The position numbers and the translations under genes were made by a program. DNA of 64,000 nucleotides from Verrucomicrobiales bacterium (GTDB taxonomy: Bacteria > Verrucomicrobiota > Verrucomicrobiia > Verrucomicrobiales > SLCJ01): positions 32,001 to 96,000 of the forward strand of contig JBJTQJ010000052.1 in NCBI GenBank assembly GCA_046075565.1. The letters run 5' to 3'. Position 1 is the first letter of the stretch, and the number at the start of each line of letters is the position of its first letter. Shown one piece after another: positions 9,603 through 25,196 of the stretch. The notes under the pieces were generated by a model. The model ran no database searches, was not told the origin of the DNA, and worked only from the letters and a program-made list of their open reading frames with translations.

Positions 9603-11189
9603 TCATCCGCCTTTGCCCTGAAGGGCGTCGAGCACGGTGCGGGCGAAATCAAGGGAGATGCCGGGGAGTGCGGCGAGGTCTTCGGCGCTGCGGCGGCGGA
9701 GGCGTTCAACAGAGCCGAATTCGGTGAGCAGCTTCTGTTTTTTCGTCTGGCTCATGCCCGGGATATCGTCGAGTTGGCTTTCGCGCACGCGGCGGCGGAG
9801 CAGGATTTGGTGGTAACCGTTGGCGAATCGATGGGCTTCGTCGCGGATCCGCTGGAGGAGTTTGATGGCCCCGCGGGAATGCGGAAGGAGGATGGGAAAT
9901 TCGCTGCCGGGGCGGTGGATTTCCTCGCGTTCCTTGGCCAGACCGATGACAGGTAAATCCCAGAGACCGAGGGTCTGGAGCTCCGCCACGGCCATGCCAA
10001 GTTGTCCTTTGCCGCCATCGACGATGACAAGGTCGGGGAGGAGGATGGCAGGGCGACCGGCGGCTTTGGCCTGGCGGGCGGCCCTGGCGGCGGCTTCGGC
10101 GGGGTCTTCCTGGGATTCCGGGTCGGCGTTGGGGGCGAGCTCGCGGAGGATTCGCCCGTAGCGGCGGCGCACGACTTCGGCCATGCTGGCGAAGTCGTTT
10201 TGTCCTTCGACGGTGCGGATGCGGTAGCGGCGGTAGTTCGCGCTGTCGGGTTTGCCATTTTCAAACCGAACCATGGAAGCGACGGCGTAGGTCGAGGAAA
10301 TATTGGAAATGTCGAAACACTCCATGGTCAGGGGCGGGAGAGCGAGGCCGAGCGCGTCCTGCAAATCGCGCACGTCGGCCATGGGGTCGATGCCGGGGCC
10401 GAGGGGTTCACCGCGTCCACGGGTGAAACGGCGGGTCGGGGTGGTGGTTTTTTCCAAGGCATCGATGGCGTCGCGGAGGCGGGCGGCTTTTTCGAAATCG
10501 AGGATGGCGGCGGCGGCTTCCATGTCGTCGCGCATGCCGTCGAGCATGGCTTTGTCGCCGCCTTCGAGCACACGCATTGCGGCCTGGACGCGCCCATGGT
10601 AGTCGTCGCGGGAAATGCGCCCGATGCAGGGAGCGGGGCAGTTTTTGATAATGTCGGCGTGGCAGTGGCGGTAGTCGTTTTCGTCGGGGTGACGGGGGCG
10701 GCAGACGCGGAGCCCGAACTTGCGGTTGAGCCAATCGACGGTCTCGCGCAGGGCACCCGTGTGGGCGTAGGGGCCGAAGTAGCGGGCTCCGTCCTCCTTT
10801 TTCAAACGCGTGAGCTGGAGCCGGGGAGCAGGGTCGTCGACTTTGACGCGGACGAGCAGGAATCGTTTGTCGTCGCGGAAGGAAATGTTGTAGCGCGGCC
10901 GGTATTCCTTGATCAGCTTGCCTTCGAGGAGCAGGGCCTCGGATTCATTGCGCACGACGTGGATGTCGAAATCCCAGATGCTGCGGATGAGGGCGCGGGT
11001 CTTGAGGTCGGCCAGCGTCTGACGGGATGGCTGGAAATAATGGGAAAGGCGTTTGCGCAGATCGCGGGCTTTGCCGACGTAAATGACCTTTTTCAGCCGG
11101 TCGCGCATGAGATAGACGCCGGGCTGGTGGGGCACGTCGCGCAATTTGACCTTGGGGTCGGGTCGGGGCTCAAAGGGTTCGTCGGCCAT
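9603..11189 (-). CDS. uvrC: Excinuclease ABC subunit C
   Basis: PGVYLM...IYVGKARDLRKR GIY-YIG, ECFDISN, PDLVIVDGGKGQL, IRDEAHRFA, HhH tail. Confidence 0.96.
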   Translation of the reverse strand: MADEPFEPRPDPKVKLRDVPHQPGVYLMRDRLKKVIYVGKARDLRKRLSHYFQPSRQTLADLKTRALIRSIWDFDIHVVRNESEALLLEGKLIKEYRPRYNISFRDDKRFLLVRVKVDDPAPRLQLTRLKKEDGARYFGPYAHTGALRETVDWLNRKFGLRVCRPRHPDENDYRHCHADIIKNCPAPCIGRISRDDYHGRVQAAMRVLEGGDKAMLDGMRDDMEAAAAILDFEKAARLRDAIDALEKTTTPTRRFTRGRGEPLGPGIDPMADVRDLQDALGLALPPLTMECFDISNISSTYAVASMVRFENGKPDSANYRRYRIRTVEGQNDFASMAEVVRRRYGRILRELAPNADPESQEDPAEAAARAARQAKAAGRPAILLPDLVIVDGGKGQLGMAVAELQTLGLWDLPVIGLAKEREEIHRPGSEFPILLPHSRGAIKLLQRIRDEAHRFANGYHQILLRRRVRESQLDDIPGMSQTKKQKLLTEFGSVERLRRRSAEDLAALPGISLDFARTVLDALQGKGG

Positions 11190-11337
11190 GGCGGGGGCGG
11201 AACATGCGATACGACAGGTTCGGCCCGGAGACAAGAAAAGAGGGCTCGGCGCGGCAATTTCATGGACAATCCGACCCTCGGATGGCGATTGCGTGACAGG
11301 CCCCGAGGCCTTAGGTTGTAATGGTCCCGACAAATCC

Positions 11338-12195
11338 ATGGATCGTCTCTTAAGAATTTTCTTTCTGCTGGCGCTGGCGGTTTTCCCCGTGACGGCGATG
11401 GCGCAGGGTTCGACCACCGAGGCCGTTCAAATGGCGGTCGAAGGCGCCGGCCGGGCCGGCGGCTCGTCTTTGCTCGAAATCCTGCAAAAGGGCGGCCCCA
11501 TGATGTATCCGCTCGGGGCCCTCTCCTTTGTGGGCGTGATTCTGGTGGTCGTCTACACGCTTTCCCTCCGCCAAGGCGCGGTGGTGACCATGCGCTTCAT
11601 GGATGTGGCGGAAAGCATGCTGCGGAAACAGGACTATCTCGGGCTGGCGGCCGTGTGCAATCGCGGCGGGCAATCGGTGGCATTGGTCATGCAGCGTGCA
11701 ATGGATTTCATCGGACGGAATCCGGCGGCCAGTGTCGAGGAAGTGCGAGAGGTTGCGCAAGCGGAAGGCTCACGGCAGGCGAGCATGATGACGCAGCGCA
11801 TTTCCTATCTCGCCGACATCGGGGCCATTGCACCCATGGTCGGATTGCTCGGCACGGTGCTCGGGATGATTGAATCGTTCGATACACTTTCGGGCGGATC
11901 GTTTGTCGGCGCGAAGACAATGAAGCTGGCCAACGGGGTTTCGCAGGCCTTGATCACGACCGCGGCGGGGCTTTTTGTCAGCATCCCCGCGCTCGCTTTC
12001 TATTCTTATTTCCGCGGGAAGGTGCAGAAACTCATTTCCGAACTCGAAGCGGCAAGCACGCATCTGATGGCGATTTTCGCGGCCAACCACGACGCCTACA
12101 CCGCACCGCCGCAGCCGCGCAGCTCGGCCAACCGCGGGGCGCGGGCTGTGGAGTATGCTGAAGAAGACGAGCCCCGCGTCTCCCGGCGCCGCTGA
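11338..12195 (+). CDS. exbB: MotA/TolQ/ExbB proton channel protein
   Basis: APMVGLLGTVLGMIESF and GVSQALITTAAGL motifs. Confidence 0.93.
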   Translation: MDRLLRIFFLLALAVFPVTAMAQGSTTEAVQMAVEGAGRAGGSSLLEILQKGGPMMYPLGALSFVGVILVVVYTLSLRQGAVVTMRFMDVAESMLRKQDYLGLAAVCNRGGQSVALVMQRAMDFIGRNPAASVEEVREVAQAEGSRQASMMTQRISYLADIGAIAPMVGLLGTVLGMIESFDTLSGGSFVGAKTMKLANGVSQALITTAAGLFVSIPALAFYSYFRGKVQKLISELEAASTHLMAIFAANHDAYTAPPQPRSSANRGARAVEYAEEDEPRVSRRR

Positions 12196-12198
12196 GCC

Positions 12199-12618
12199 AT
12201 GAGATTCCGCCCCTCCATCGAAGCCGAACGCGCGGGACTGCAACTGGCCCCGATGATCGATGTCGTCTTCCTGCTGTTGATCTTCTTCATTGTCACCTGG
12301 GCTTTCGCTCGTTTCGAGACCGAGCTCGATGTGGCCGTGCCGGTGGCGAAGCAGGGGGCAGACCCGAATCGTTCCGTCGGTGAAATCATTGTCAATGTGC
12401 GCCGGGATGGATCTCTCGTGCTCGAAGGGCGCGGCATCACCGGGCCGGACTTGCTCGACCGATTGCAGAAAGTGGCCTCTCACTACCGTGATGTTGCTGT
12501 GATCTTGCGCGGTGATCGCCAGACCAGCTACGAGAATATCGTGAAGGTGCTGGATCTCTGCCGCGAAGCGGGAATCATGAATGTCGCCTTCGCCACCGAC
12601 CGGCCGGATAACGAATGA
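12199..12618 (+). CDS. exbD: ExbD/TolR biopolymer transport protein
   Basis: PMIDVVFLLLIFFIV TM with conserved Asp; ILRGD. Confidence 0.94.
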   Translation: MRFRPSIEAERAGLQLAPMIDVVFLLLIFFIVTWAFARFETELDVAVPVAKQGADPNRSVGEIIVNVRRDGSLVLEGRGITGPDLLDRLQKVASHYRDVAVILRGDRQTSYENIVKVLDLCREAGIMNVAFATDRPDNE

Positions 12619-15332
12619 ACCGCCCGCCCCACTTAATCGCCGCCATGAGATCGATTTTCCATTGTTTGCTCGGCTCCACCCTCGCCATTTCGCCGTTGGC
12701 GGCCCAGAGCGTCGTGCCCGCACGTCCGGTGCCCGAGCCGGCCCCTCCGGAAATCCCGGTAGCTCCCGCGCGCCCGGTTGAGATCGGTCCCGATGGCCGG
12801 CCGATGGCCCCGGATACTCCTGTCGTTCCTCCCGCTCCGGTTGCACCGGCGGAGCCGTTCCTGGCGCCGGATCCGGCGAATGACCTCATCAAGTTCGCCG
12901 ATGAATTGTTTGGCCGCAATGAATTCGAGCTGGCCATGACTCGTTATGATCAGTTCATCGTTGATAATCCCCGCCACCCGCTCGCGCGCAAGGCGCTTTA
13001 CCAACTCGCCGAGTGCCTCCGCCGCCTGAACCGTCTCGATGACGCCGAACAAGCTTACGCACTTCTGGTGGATCGTTACAAGACGGGCGAATTCGTCGAT
13101 GTTTCGGCTTATCGTGCGGCCGGGCTCGCCTACAACCGCCGCGACTACCGTTCGGCCGTGCCATATTTCAAGATCGCGCGTTTGTTAGGAACAAAGCCGC
13201 AATTCAAGCTCGACGCCACGTTCCGCGCGGCCCGTTGTTACGAACTCAGCGGCGAATCCCGTCTCGCCGCTCCCCTCTTCCGCGAAATCATCCAGTCCCC
13301 CGACGCCGGTGAATTCAAGGAGCCGAGCATGCTCGCCCTCGCCCGCCAATCACTGACCGAAGGAAAGAAAGAGGAGTCACTTGGATTCTTCCTCGACCTC
13401 GCGACCAATGCGAAGGACGCGACCGTGCGCGCCGAGAGCCTCGTGCGCGCCGCACTCATCGAGACCGATCTGAAACGCGATGCCGAAGCGGAAAAACACT
13501 ATCTGGCGGTTTTCAAACTCCCCGAAGCCGAACCTTGGAAGCCTGTCGCCCAGCTTGGTCTGATCCGCGGGCGCTACCAGCGCAAAGATTACCAGGGCGT
13601 CATCGATGCCTACACCGCCGGGGTTTACAAACTCGCGGACGACATGCGGGTCCAAATGTTCCTCATGGTCGGGCATTCCTTCCAGCGCCTCGGCAAGTTG
13701 CAGGATGCCGTCAAAGTCTATGGAATCCTCGAGAATTTCGCGCCCGGCCAGCCCGAGGGATTTGAAGCCGGCTACCGCCGTCTCGAGTGCCTTTATCTCG
13801 CCAAAGACGATAATCTTCCCGCCTTCGTCGATAGCTTTGTCGAGACGGAAAAGAAGGCCGGCCGCAATCATAAATTCCTCGATCGCGCCATGCTTTTAAA
13901 GGCCGAAACACTCTTCGGGCAAAAAAACCCCGTTGCCGCAGCGCCGGCCTATGCCGCCATCCGCATGGAAAATATTCCCGAGCAGCAGCGCCCGACAGCA
14001 CTTTACAAACACGGATGGGCCGAAGCCGAGGCAGGTCGCCGACCGCAGGCCGTCGAGGCCCTCGGCCGTTTTCTCACCTTGGCTCCTAACGACTCCCGTG
14101 TTCCTCTCGCCCTCGCCAAACGCGGCGAGATGTATGCCCTCAATGGCGACCCCGCGCGGGCTTCACAGGACTTCACCACGGTCACGGAAAAGTTTCCCGA
14201 TTCGGAAGCGGCGGAATTCGCTTATGTGCGCGCCGCCCGTTTGCACGCCGATCAGAACGACACCCAGACGATGATCCGGCTTTATAACGGCTTGTTGGAA
14301 AAATTCCCCCAAAGCAAAGCAGCGCCCGATGCCCACTACGCCCTCGGGCGAGCCTATTACCAGACGAAAAAATACGATCTCGCCGTTGAACATCTTCGCA
14401 AAGCCCGCGACCTCGATGCGGAACTCTATGCCCGCTCGGCCGGTTCACGTCTCGTGCTTTCCTGTTATGCACTCCGCGATGCAGCCGCCCTCCGCAAAGA
14501 ACTCGACACCTTCCTCCAGGTCGCCAAAGCGAGCGAGCTTCCCCCGCAGGTGCCCGCTTGGCTCGGGGTCAAGCTTTACGAGGAAGGTGATGCCGCCGCC
14601 GCTGACGACTACCTGACCATGTCGGCCAACGAACAGGATCCCAAGGCCACCGAACCGGTTATCTGGAAGTTCCTTGCCAAAGCCCGCCTCGATGCCGGTC
14701 GTTTCGCCGCCGCCGTGCGCGCCGCCGACCATTACCTCGCCACCACCGAGGATGCCGCCGCCCGTGCCTCCGGTTCCCTCGATAAAGCCCGGGCCCAATT
14801 CGGCTTGCGCGCTTTCGCCGATGCCGATACCACCGCCATGGAAGGACAAAAAATCGTCCGCCAAGGCAAAACCAATGCCTGGCTCGGCATCCTCCGCGGC
14901 GACATCGCCGCCGCCCAAGACAAGTGGGACGAAGCCGTCAAACACTACATCGTGCCATCGCAGACGATGGTCGATTCCGAGATCACTCCCCTCGCCCTTT
15001 GGAAAACTTCGCAGGCCCTCCAGCGCGCGGGCCAACGCGACGAGGCGAAGAAATTCCGCGCGGAAATCGAAACTCGTTTCCCGCTTTTCCAGGCTCCGCA
15101 GGGCCCACTCGTTCCCAAAGCCGAACGCGAGGAACGCGGATTGCCCAATGTCCCGCTCCCCACTGACTTGCCGGACGAACCCACCGCCCGGCCCGGAGAA
15201 GAGCCTCCGCTCCGTCCTCTTCCCGGCGGCCAGCCCGGTGCCACGGTCGTCGCGCCCCCAGTGCCTGAACCGGAGCCCGAACTCCCACCCGTCGGCATCC
15301 CCGATGCCGGGGAGAACCCGCCGGAACCTTGA
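12615..15332 (+). CDS. Large periplasmic TPR-repeat protein with Pro-rich ends
   Basis: Signal peptide, many helical TPR-like repeats (e.g. EKFPQSKAAPDAHYALGRAYY), ATGA overlap with exbD; start may be 12645. Confidence 0.88.
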   Translation: MNRPPHLIAAMRSIFHCLLGSTLAISPLAAQSVVPARPVPEPAPPEIPVAPARPVEIGPDGRPMAPDTPVVPPAPVAPAEPFLAPDPANDLIKFADELFGRNEFELAMTRYDQFIVDNPRHPLARKALYQLAECLRRLNRLDDAEQAYALLVDRYKTGEFVDVSAYRAAGLAYNRRDYRSAVPYFKIARLLGTKPQFKLDATFRAARCYELSGESRLAAPLFREIIQSPDAGEFKEPSMLALARQSLTEGKKEESLGFFLDLATNAKDATVRAESLVRAALIETDLKRDAEAEKHYLAVFKLPEAEPWKPVAQLGLIRGRYQRKDYQGVIDAYTAGVYKLADDMRVQMFLMVGHSFQRLGKLQDAVKVYGILENFAPGQPEGFEAGYRRLECLYLAKDDNLPAFVDSFVETEKKAGRNHKFLDRAMLLKAETLFGQKNPVAAAPAYAAIRMENIPEQQRPTALYKHGWAEAEAGRRPQAVEALGRFLTLAPNDSRVPLALAKRGEMYALNGDPARASQDFTTVTEKFPDSEAAEFAYVRAARLHADQNDTQTMIRLYNGLLEKFPQSKAAPDAHYALGRAYYQTKKYDLAVEHLRKARDLDAELYARSAGSRLVLSCYALRDAAALRKELDTFLQVAKASELPPQVPAWLGVKLYEEGDAAAADDYLTMSANEQDPKATEPVIWKFLAKARLDAGRFAAAVRAADHYLATTEDAAARASGSLDKARAQFGLRAFADADTTAMEGQKIVRQGKTNAWLGILRGDIAAAQDKWDEAVKHYIVPSQTMVDSEITPLALWKTSQALQRAGQRDEAKKFRAEIETRFPLFQAPQGPLVPKAEREERGLPNVPLPTDLPDEPTARPGEEPPLRPLPGGQPGATVVAPPVPEPEPELPPVGIPDAGENPPEP

Positions 15333-15346
15333 CGCGATAGAATCCC

Positions 15347-16120
15347 ATGCGCCAGGATGCCCCGACCCCGCGCGCACGCTTGCTCGGCACCTTTGGTCGC
15401 GGCTTGGTTGACCTGCTTTACCCTCGCTCCTGCCCTGGTTGTGACGGGCCTGCACCCGCTACCGATCCCACCGGCCAATCATTGCCCGTTTGTCCGACCT
15501 GCGAGTCGAAGCTCGAACCACTCGTCCCGCCCTTTTGCGAAGTCTGCGGCCAGCCTTACGAAAGCGGCTCCACCGAGGGTGGATTCCGTTGCTTCAACTG
15601 CGGTGGGCGCAAGTTCGCGTTCGACTTCGCCATTGCGCCCTATCTCGCGAGCGGACTGCTCCGCGAGTTGGTACATCGATTCAAGTTCGGGAAGGTGGAG
15701 CCCCTGCGCAAACCTCTCGGTCAACTCTTCGCACGCGTCTTCGATGATCCGCGGTTGAGCGGCCACGAGTGGCAGCTAGTGCCCGTGCCCATTCACTGGC
15801 GGCGGCGCTACCAACGCGGCTTCAACCAAGCGGAGGAACTCGCCACCGTGCTCTCCAATATCACCGGCTACCAGGTCGTTGACGCCTTGCAGCGTGTTGT
15901 CTTCACTCCGCCGCAAAGTCGGCTCAATCGCCAGCAACGACTCGACAACCTCACGCGCGCCATTCGGGTGCGGCCCAAACAACTTCAGGCAATCAAAGAC
16001 CGCGACATACTGCTGGTGGACGATATCTTCACCACCGGTTCAACCGGCCAGGCCTGCGCGGAAGTGCTCAAATCCGCCGGTGCCCGCAGGGTGGTTGTGA
16101 TCACGCTGGCCCGTGGGTGA
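15347..16120 (+). CDS. comF: ComF family protein (double zinc ribbon + PRTase)
   Basis: LYPRSCPGC, four CxxC, VPVPIHWRR...RGFNQA, LLVDDIFTTGST. Confidence 0.93.
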   Translation: MRQDAPTPRARLLGTFGRGLVDLLYPRSCPGCDGPAPATDPTGQSLPVCPTCESKLEPLVPPFCEVCGQPYESGSTEGGFRCFNCGGRKFAFDFAIAPYLASGLLRELVHRFKFGKVEPLRKPLGQLFARVFDDPRLSGHEWQLVPVPIHWRRRYQRGFNQAEELATVLSNITGYQVVDALQRVVFTPPQSRLNRQQRLDNLTRAIRVRPKQLQAIKDRDILLVDDIFTTGSTGQACAEVLKSAGARRVVVITLARG

Positions 16121-16152
16121 GATCATTCACACCATCGGCAAACCAACTTGCA

Positions 16153-16749
16153 CTACGACGAGAAAGGCCTGGAGTCGTAATTGTAGGCGCGGTGAAGGGG
16201 ATTTCCCCGCATGGCGACACATCGTTCCCGCAAATGTTCGAAGATAGCTAGTAGATGCGGAGTGTCGGACAGGGCGATACGGATTCTCCGCACCATGTTC
16301 CGCATGGTATCCACGGTGTGCGGTGGATCATAGCCGAGGGGTATGGACATGGGATAGATGGTTTCATCGACTTCGCCGGGCACGAGGTCCGGCACCCGCT
16401 GTTCCGTCCCGAAATAGTAGAGCCGATGCGACTCCGTGAACTTCATGACGTTGAAAAAAGTCGTGATGAGCAAGGCGTTCCGTTTTTCGATTGGAGATCC
16501 TAGATCAGCGTAGGTATCGGCGATACTGATGAGCCAGCGTTCCCTGACTTCCTTGAAGAGGAATTTGGAAAGATCCGTTTCGACGATTTCACGGAAACGC
16601 GGCCAGCCCTCCGCGACGCCTTCGAATCTGCGGAATCGAACCACGAGCTCGACAAGCTCCCGATACAGAGGGCTCATCTTGCCGCCCTTGCATTGGATCT
16701 CGTCGGCAAGCATCATTTCAATCTGTTTTGTGGTATCCGGGTGCCACAT
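16153..16749 (-). CDS. Hypothetical protein
   Basis: 198-aa ORF filling the comF-rpoC gap, protein-like composition, no family recognised. Confidence 0.65.
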   Translation of the reverse strand: MWHPDTTKQIEMMLADEIQCKGGKMSPLYRELVELVVRFRRFEGVAEGWPRFREIVETDLSKFLFKEVRERWLISIADTYADLGSPIEKRNALLITTFFNVMKFTESHRLYYFGTEQRVPDLVPGEVDETIYPMSIPLGYDPPHTVDTMRNMVRRIRIALSDTPHLLAIFEHLRERCVAMRGNPLHRAYNYDSRPFSS

Positions 16750-16777
16750 GGTTGTCTGATTGGAAGGATTTACCGCG

Positions 16778-16810
16778 AAAAAGGCCGCGCCCTCGCGGAC
16801 GCGGCCTCTT
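16778..16810. terminator. Terminator after rpoC
   Basis: AAAAAGGCCGCG-CCCTCGCGGA-CGCGGCCTCTT; U-tract on the minus strand. Confidence 0.8.
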
Positions 16811-16825
16811 GGCGCAGATTAGCGA

Positions 16826-19800
16826 TTAGAGGTCGCCGATGGCGTCGCTCTCCGGCTCCGCGGCGGCGGCATGATGGGCCTCAAGGGCGGCGACGGTTTC
16901 CAATTCCTGCACGCGGGTGTCGCGGGCGTTGGGGAAACCGGAACCAGCCGGGATGAGGTGGCCCATGATGACGTTCTCTTTGAAACCTTCGAGTTTGTCG
17001 ATCTTTCCGTGGGTGGCGGCTTCGGTGAGAACACGGGTCGTGTCCTGGAAGGAAGCGGCGGAGATGAACGATTCGGTTTCGAGGGAAGCCTTGGTGATAC
17101 CGAGGAGGACGGGCTCCGCTTGTGCGGGCTGTCCACCTTCTTCGGTGGTCTCACGGTTGACGCGCTCGAATTCGATGCGCTCGACCTGATCACCCCAGAG
17201 GAACTCGGTGTCACCCGGATCGGTGATGCGGACCTTGCGGAGCATCTGGCGGATGATGATCTCGATGTGTTTGTCGTTGATCTCAACCCCTTGCAGGCGA
17301 TAGACCTCCTGCACCTCGTTGGTGAGGTGTTGCTGGAGGGCATTCGCTCCGGAAATCTCGAGGATTTCGTGGGGAACAACCGGACCTTCGGTGAGTTGGC
17401 TGCCACGCTTCACGAAATCACCGTTGGCGACGATGATGTGTTTGTTCGCGGGGACAAGGTGTTCCGCTTCTTCACCGGTTTCCTTGTTGTGCACGAGCAC
17501 CTTCTTCTTGCCGCGAACCAGTCCGCCGATTTCGACGAAACCATCGATACGCGCGATGACGCAGGCGTCCTTCGGCTTGCGGGCTTCGAAGAGTTCGGCC
17601 ACACGGGGCAGACCACCGGTGATGTCCTTCGTCTTGGAGGCCTTGCGCGGGGTCCGGGCGAGTTGCGCGCCGGGTCCGACTTTCTGGCCTTCCTTGACAC
17701 TGAGGTGAGCGCCGGCGGGAATCGAATAGCTCGCAAGTTGTTCCTTGGTCGACGGGTCGATGATGACGATTTGCGGGTGCAAGTCGCCCTTGTGTTCCAT
17801 GACAACCAGGCCGCCAGCTTCCGCTTCCGCGGTATTATCGCGGGAGATGGTCACGCCGCGGATCATATCGACGAAAGTGACCTTGCCACCGCGCTCGGTG
17901 ATGATCGGCACGTTGTAGGGATCCCAGGTCAGGACGGTGTCGCCTTTTTTGACCTTGGCATTGTCGGGGAAATGGAGCACGGAACCGAGCACAACATTGT
18001 AGTTCTCGATTTCCTCGCCTTCATCATCGACGAGTGCGAGGGTGCCATTCTTGTTAAGAGCGACCAGTTTGCCTTCTTCGTTGGCAACAGTGCGGATATC
18101 ATTGAAGCGGAGCGAACCGACATTCTTGACCTGCACGATCGGCTGTTTGAAGGTCGAGCTGGCCGTTCCACCAACGTGGAAGGTCCGCATGGTGAGCTGC
18201 GTTCCCGGTTCACCGATGGATTGGGCGGCGATGATGCCGACCGCTTCACCGATCTTGACGGGACGTCCGGTCGCGAGGTTCAGTCCGTAGCACTTGATAC
18301 AGCAACCACGCTGGCTTTCGCAGGTGAGCACGGAACGAATCTTGAGTTGTTCCACACCGAGGTTGGTGAGTTGGAAGGCTTGGGCTTCGGTGATGATGTC
18401 GCCTTCGCGGACGATGATCTCTCCGGAAACAGGATCCTTCACGGTTTCACCGCTGGTGCGTCCGTAGATGCGTTGCTTCAGGCTGACGACTTCGTCATCG
18501 CCCTCGTAGATCGAACGGGCGATAATGCCATTGACGGTTCCGCAATCAATTTCGGTCACGATCACATCCTGCGAGACGTCGACGAGCTTCCGGGTCATGT
18601 AACCCGAGTCGGCGGTCTTGAGGGCGGTATCGGAAAGACCTTTACGGGCGCCGTGAGTCGAGATGAAGTATTCGAGCACGGTCAAACCTTCGCGGAAGTT
18701 CGACGTGATCGGGCGCTCGATGATCGAGCCGTCAGGCTTCGACATCAGGCCGCGCATCCCGGAGAGCTGCTTGATCTGGGTCTTGTTGCCCCGGGCACCG
18801 GAGTCCACCATCATCCACAGCGGGCTGACGGTTTTGGCGCCCTGATTGTGCTCGAGTTTCCGCATAACGGAAGTTTCGAGGCGCTGGGTCGCTTGGGTCC
18901 AGATGTCAACGATCTTGTTGTAGCGCTCGCCTTCGGTGATGACACCGGCGCGGCGTTGTTTATCGACAACGGAAAGCTGATCGTAGGCTTTTTTCAGCTC
19001 GTCCGGTTTTTCGTCGGGCACGACCATGTCCACGATACCAATCGAGCAACCGGAGCGGGTGGCTTCCTTAAATCCGAGGTTCTTCATGTCGTCCAAAATA
19101 CGGACGGTTTCGCGCTGGCCGGCCACTTGGAAACATCCCCAGATGATTTCGGAAAGTTGTTTCTTGCCGACCGTCTTGTTGATGAAACCGAGGCCTTTGG
19201 GCCAAATCTCATTGAAACGCACACGACCGGGGGTCGTGACGATGACGCGCTTCTCCTTGTCGCCGAAGTGGGAGGTTTTCCCAAAGTCGGGGTTGCGGAG
19301 GCGGATGCGGTCGTGATACCAGATCTTGCGGCTGGCGATGGCGAATTCGACTTCCGTGGTGTTCTCGAAAATCGGCATGTGCAGCTCGCCTTTTTCGAAC
19401 GCCTCTTTTTCATCCGGGCGCATCGGGCGCTCGTGGGTGAGGTAATAGCAGCCCAGCACGATGTCTTGCGACGGCGTGGTGATGGGTTTGCCGTTGGCGG
19501 GCGAGAAGATGTTGTTCGGCGCAAGCATGAGCAGGCGCGCTTCCATCTGGGCTTCCACCGAAAGAGGAACGTGCACGGCCATCTGGTCACCGTCGAAGTC
19601 GGCGTTGTAGGCGGTACAAACGAGCGGGTGGACGCGGATGGCCTCGCCCTCGATGAGAACGGGTTCGAAGGCCTGGATGGAGAGGCGGTGCAGGGTCGGC
19701 GCGCGGTTGAGCAGCACCGGGTGTCCTTTGGTCACCTCTTCCAGAATGTCCCAGACTTCCGGGGTGCGGCGCTCGATCATCTTCTTGGCCGAACGCACGG

Positions 19801-20989
19801 TGTGCACGAAACCAAGCTCCTTCAGGCGGCGGATGATGAACGGCTCGAACAACACGAGGGCCATCTTCTTCGGAAGACCACACTGGTGCAGTTTGAGTTC
19901 CGGACCGATGACGATGACCGAACGACCGGAGTAGTCCACACGCTTGCCGAGCAAGTTCTGGCGGAAGCGGCCGCCTTTGCCCTTGAGCATGTCGGAGAGC
20001 GACTTGAGCGGGCGGTTGCCGGCGCCGGTAACGGCGCGGCCATGGCGACCGTTGTCGAAAAGGGCATCCACCGATTCCTGGAGCATGCGCTTTTCGTTCC
20101 GGATGATGACATCCGGGGTCTTGAGCATGAGCAGGTTCTTCAACCGGTTGTTGCGGTTGATCACGCGGCGATACAAATCATTCAAGTCGGAAGTGGCGAA
20201 GCGGCCACCCTCAAGCGGAACGAGCGGGCGCAGATCCGGCGGGATAACGGGAAGAACTTCCAGCACCATCCATTCCGGACGGCTGTGCGACTCGGCGAAG
20301 CCTTTGGCAAGCTTCAGGCGTTTGGCCAGCTTCTTGCGGTTCTGCTTCGACTTGGTCTTGAGCATGTCCTGTTCTAGTTGGACAGCCACCTCGGCCAGGT
20401 TCACGCGGGCGAGAAGGTCGCGCAAAGCTTCCGCTCCCATGCCGGCGCGGAAGGCGTCGGCTCCGTAAGCGTCTTCGGCTTCACGCATCTCGGGTTCGGT
20501 CAAAAGCTGACCGGCCGTGAGCTGGGTATCACCCGGGTCGATGACGATGAAGTCTTCGTAGTAGATGACGCGCTCGAGCTGGCGGGCCGTCATGTCGAGC
20601 ATGAGGCCGAGGCGCGAGGGCATACACTTGTAGAACCAGATGTGGGTCACGGGCACGGCCAGCTCGATGTGGCCCATGCGCTCGCGGCGCACGCGGGCGA
20701 GGGTCACCTCGACGCCGCAACGGTCGCAGATCACGCCCTTGTGTTTGATGTTCTTGTATTTTCCGCAGGCACACTGCCAGTCCTTGGTGGGACCGAAAAT
20801 ACGTTCGCAGAAAAGGCCGCCCTTTTCAGGTTTGAACGTCCGGTAGTTGATGGTCTCGGGATTGATGACTTCGCCGGAACTCCATTTGCGGATGGTGTCG
20901 GGCGCGGCCACGCGAATTGAAACCTGATCGAAGCCCTGGACGGGCTTTTCGATTCCGATGATGTCCTCCGGTTGGGGATGAGTGCTCAT
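16826..20989 (-). CDS. rpoC: RNA polymerase beta' subunit
   Basis: [32 protein letters not shown]. Confidence 0.99.
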   Translation of the reverse strand: MSTHPQPEDIIGIEKPVQGFDQVSIRVAAPDTIRKWSSGEVINPETINYRTFKPEKGGLFCERIFGPTKDWQCACGKYKNIKHKGVICDRCGVEVTLARVRRERMGHIELAVPVTHIWFYKCMPSRLGLMLDMTARQLERVIYYEDFIVIDPGDTQLTAGQLLTEPEMREAEDAYGADAFRAGMGAEALRDLLARVNLAEVAVQLEQDMLKTKSKQNRKKLAKRLKLAKGFAESHSRPEWMVLEVLPVIPPDLRPLVPLEGGRFATSDLNDLYRRVINRNNRLKNLLMLKTPDVIIRNEKRMLQESVDALFDNGRHGRAVTGAGNRPLKSLSDMLKGKGGRFRQNLLGKRVDYSGRSVIVIGPELKLHQCGLPKKMALVLFEPFIIRRLKELGFVHTVRSAKKMIERRTPEVWDILEEVTKGHPVLLNRAPTLHRLSIQAFEPVLIEGEAIRVHPLVCTAYNADFDGDQMAVHVPLSVEAQMEARLLMLAPNNIFSPANGKPITTPSQDIVLGCYYLTHERPMRPDEKEAFEKGELHMPIFENTTEVEFAIASRKIWYHDRIRLRNPDFGKTSHFGDKEKRVIVTTPGRVRFNEIWPKGLGFINKTVGKKQLSEIIWGCFQVAGQRETVRILDDMKNLGFKEATRSGCSIGIVDMVVPDEKPDELKKAYDQLSVVDKQRRAGVITEGERYNKIVDIWTQATQRLETSVMRKLEHNQGAKTVSPLWMMVDSGARGNKTQIKQLSGMRGLMSKPDGSIIERPITSNFREGLTVLEYFISTHGARKGLSDTALKTADSGYMTRKLVDVSQDVIVTEIDCGTVNGIIARSIYEGDDEVVSLKQRIYGRTSGETVKDPVSGEIIVREGDIITEAQAFQLTNLGVEQLKIRSVLTCESQRGCCIKCYGLNLATGRPVKIGEAVGIIAAQSIGEPGTQLTMRTFHVGGTASSTFKQPIVQVKNVGSLRFNDIRTVANEEGKLVALNKNGTLALVDDEGEEIENYNVVLGSVLHFPDNAKVKKGDTVLTWDPYNVPIITERGGKVTFVDMIRGVTISRDNTAEAEAGGLVVMEHKGDLHPQIVIIDPSTKEQLASYSIPAGAHLSVKEGQKVGPGAQLARTPRKASKTKDITGGLPRVAELFEARKPKDACVIARIDGFVEIGGLVRGKKKVLVHNKETGEEAEHLVPANKHIIVANGDFVKRGSQLTEGPVVPHEILEISGANALQQHLTNEVQEVYRLQGVEINDKHIEIIIRQMLRKVRITDPGDTEFLWGDQVERIEFERVNRETTEEGGQPAQAEPVLLGITKASLETESFISAASFQDTTRVLTEAATHGKIDKLEGFKENVIMGHLIPAGSGFPNARDTRVQELETVAALEAHHAAAAEPESDAIGDL

Positions 20990-21027
20990 GATTGTGATAT
21001 CGGATCTGGTGGGTCGGACGCTAGGGG

Positions 21028-24885
<3,858 letters not shown>

Positions 24886-25196
24886 GGCGTGTGCTGTTTG
24901 GGCTCTTGGTTGTTTCGACCGTGTGGACGGCCGGGAAATGTCGGTTTATGGGCGACCACCGTGTCGGATGCCACAGGCGGCAAAAGGCCGAACCGCGTGA
25001 CCGGGGGTCATGCGGACGGCCTTTATGGAGAATGGTTCGCGCGGCGGCGGAGTGGGCAAAGCGGTGCTGTTCGGGGTGGAATGGCGGTTGCGTTGGCGGG
25101 AACCTGGGGAATGGGAACCGGGTTTGTTAGGCCCGGTGAATTGGCCGTGCCCGGCCCTCGCGGGCCGGACACGGGAAAGGAAACGTTCGGGCGGGA

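Noticed and set aside
9093-9956. ORFs spanning the repeat cluster (also 56553-57810)
   Set aside because: They are translations of non-coding repeats; the shared peptides only reflect the MITE-like sequence
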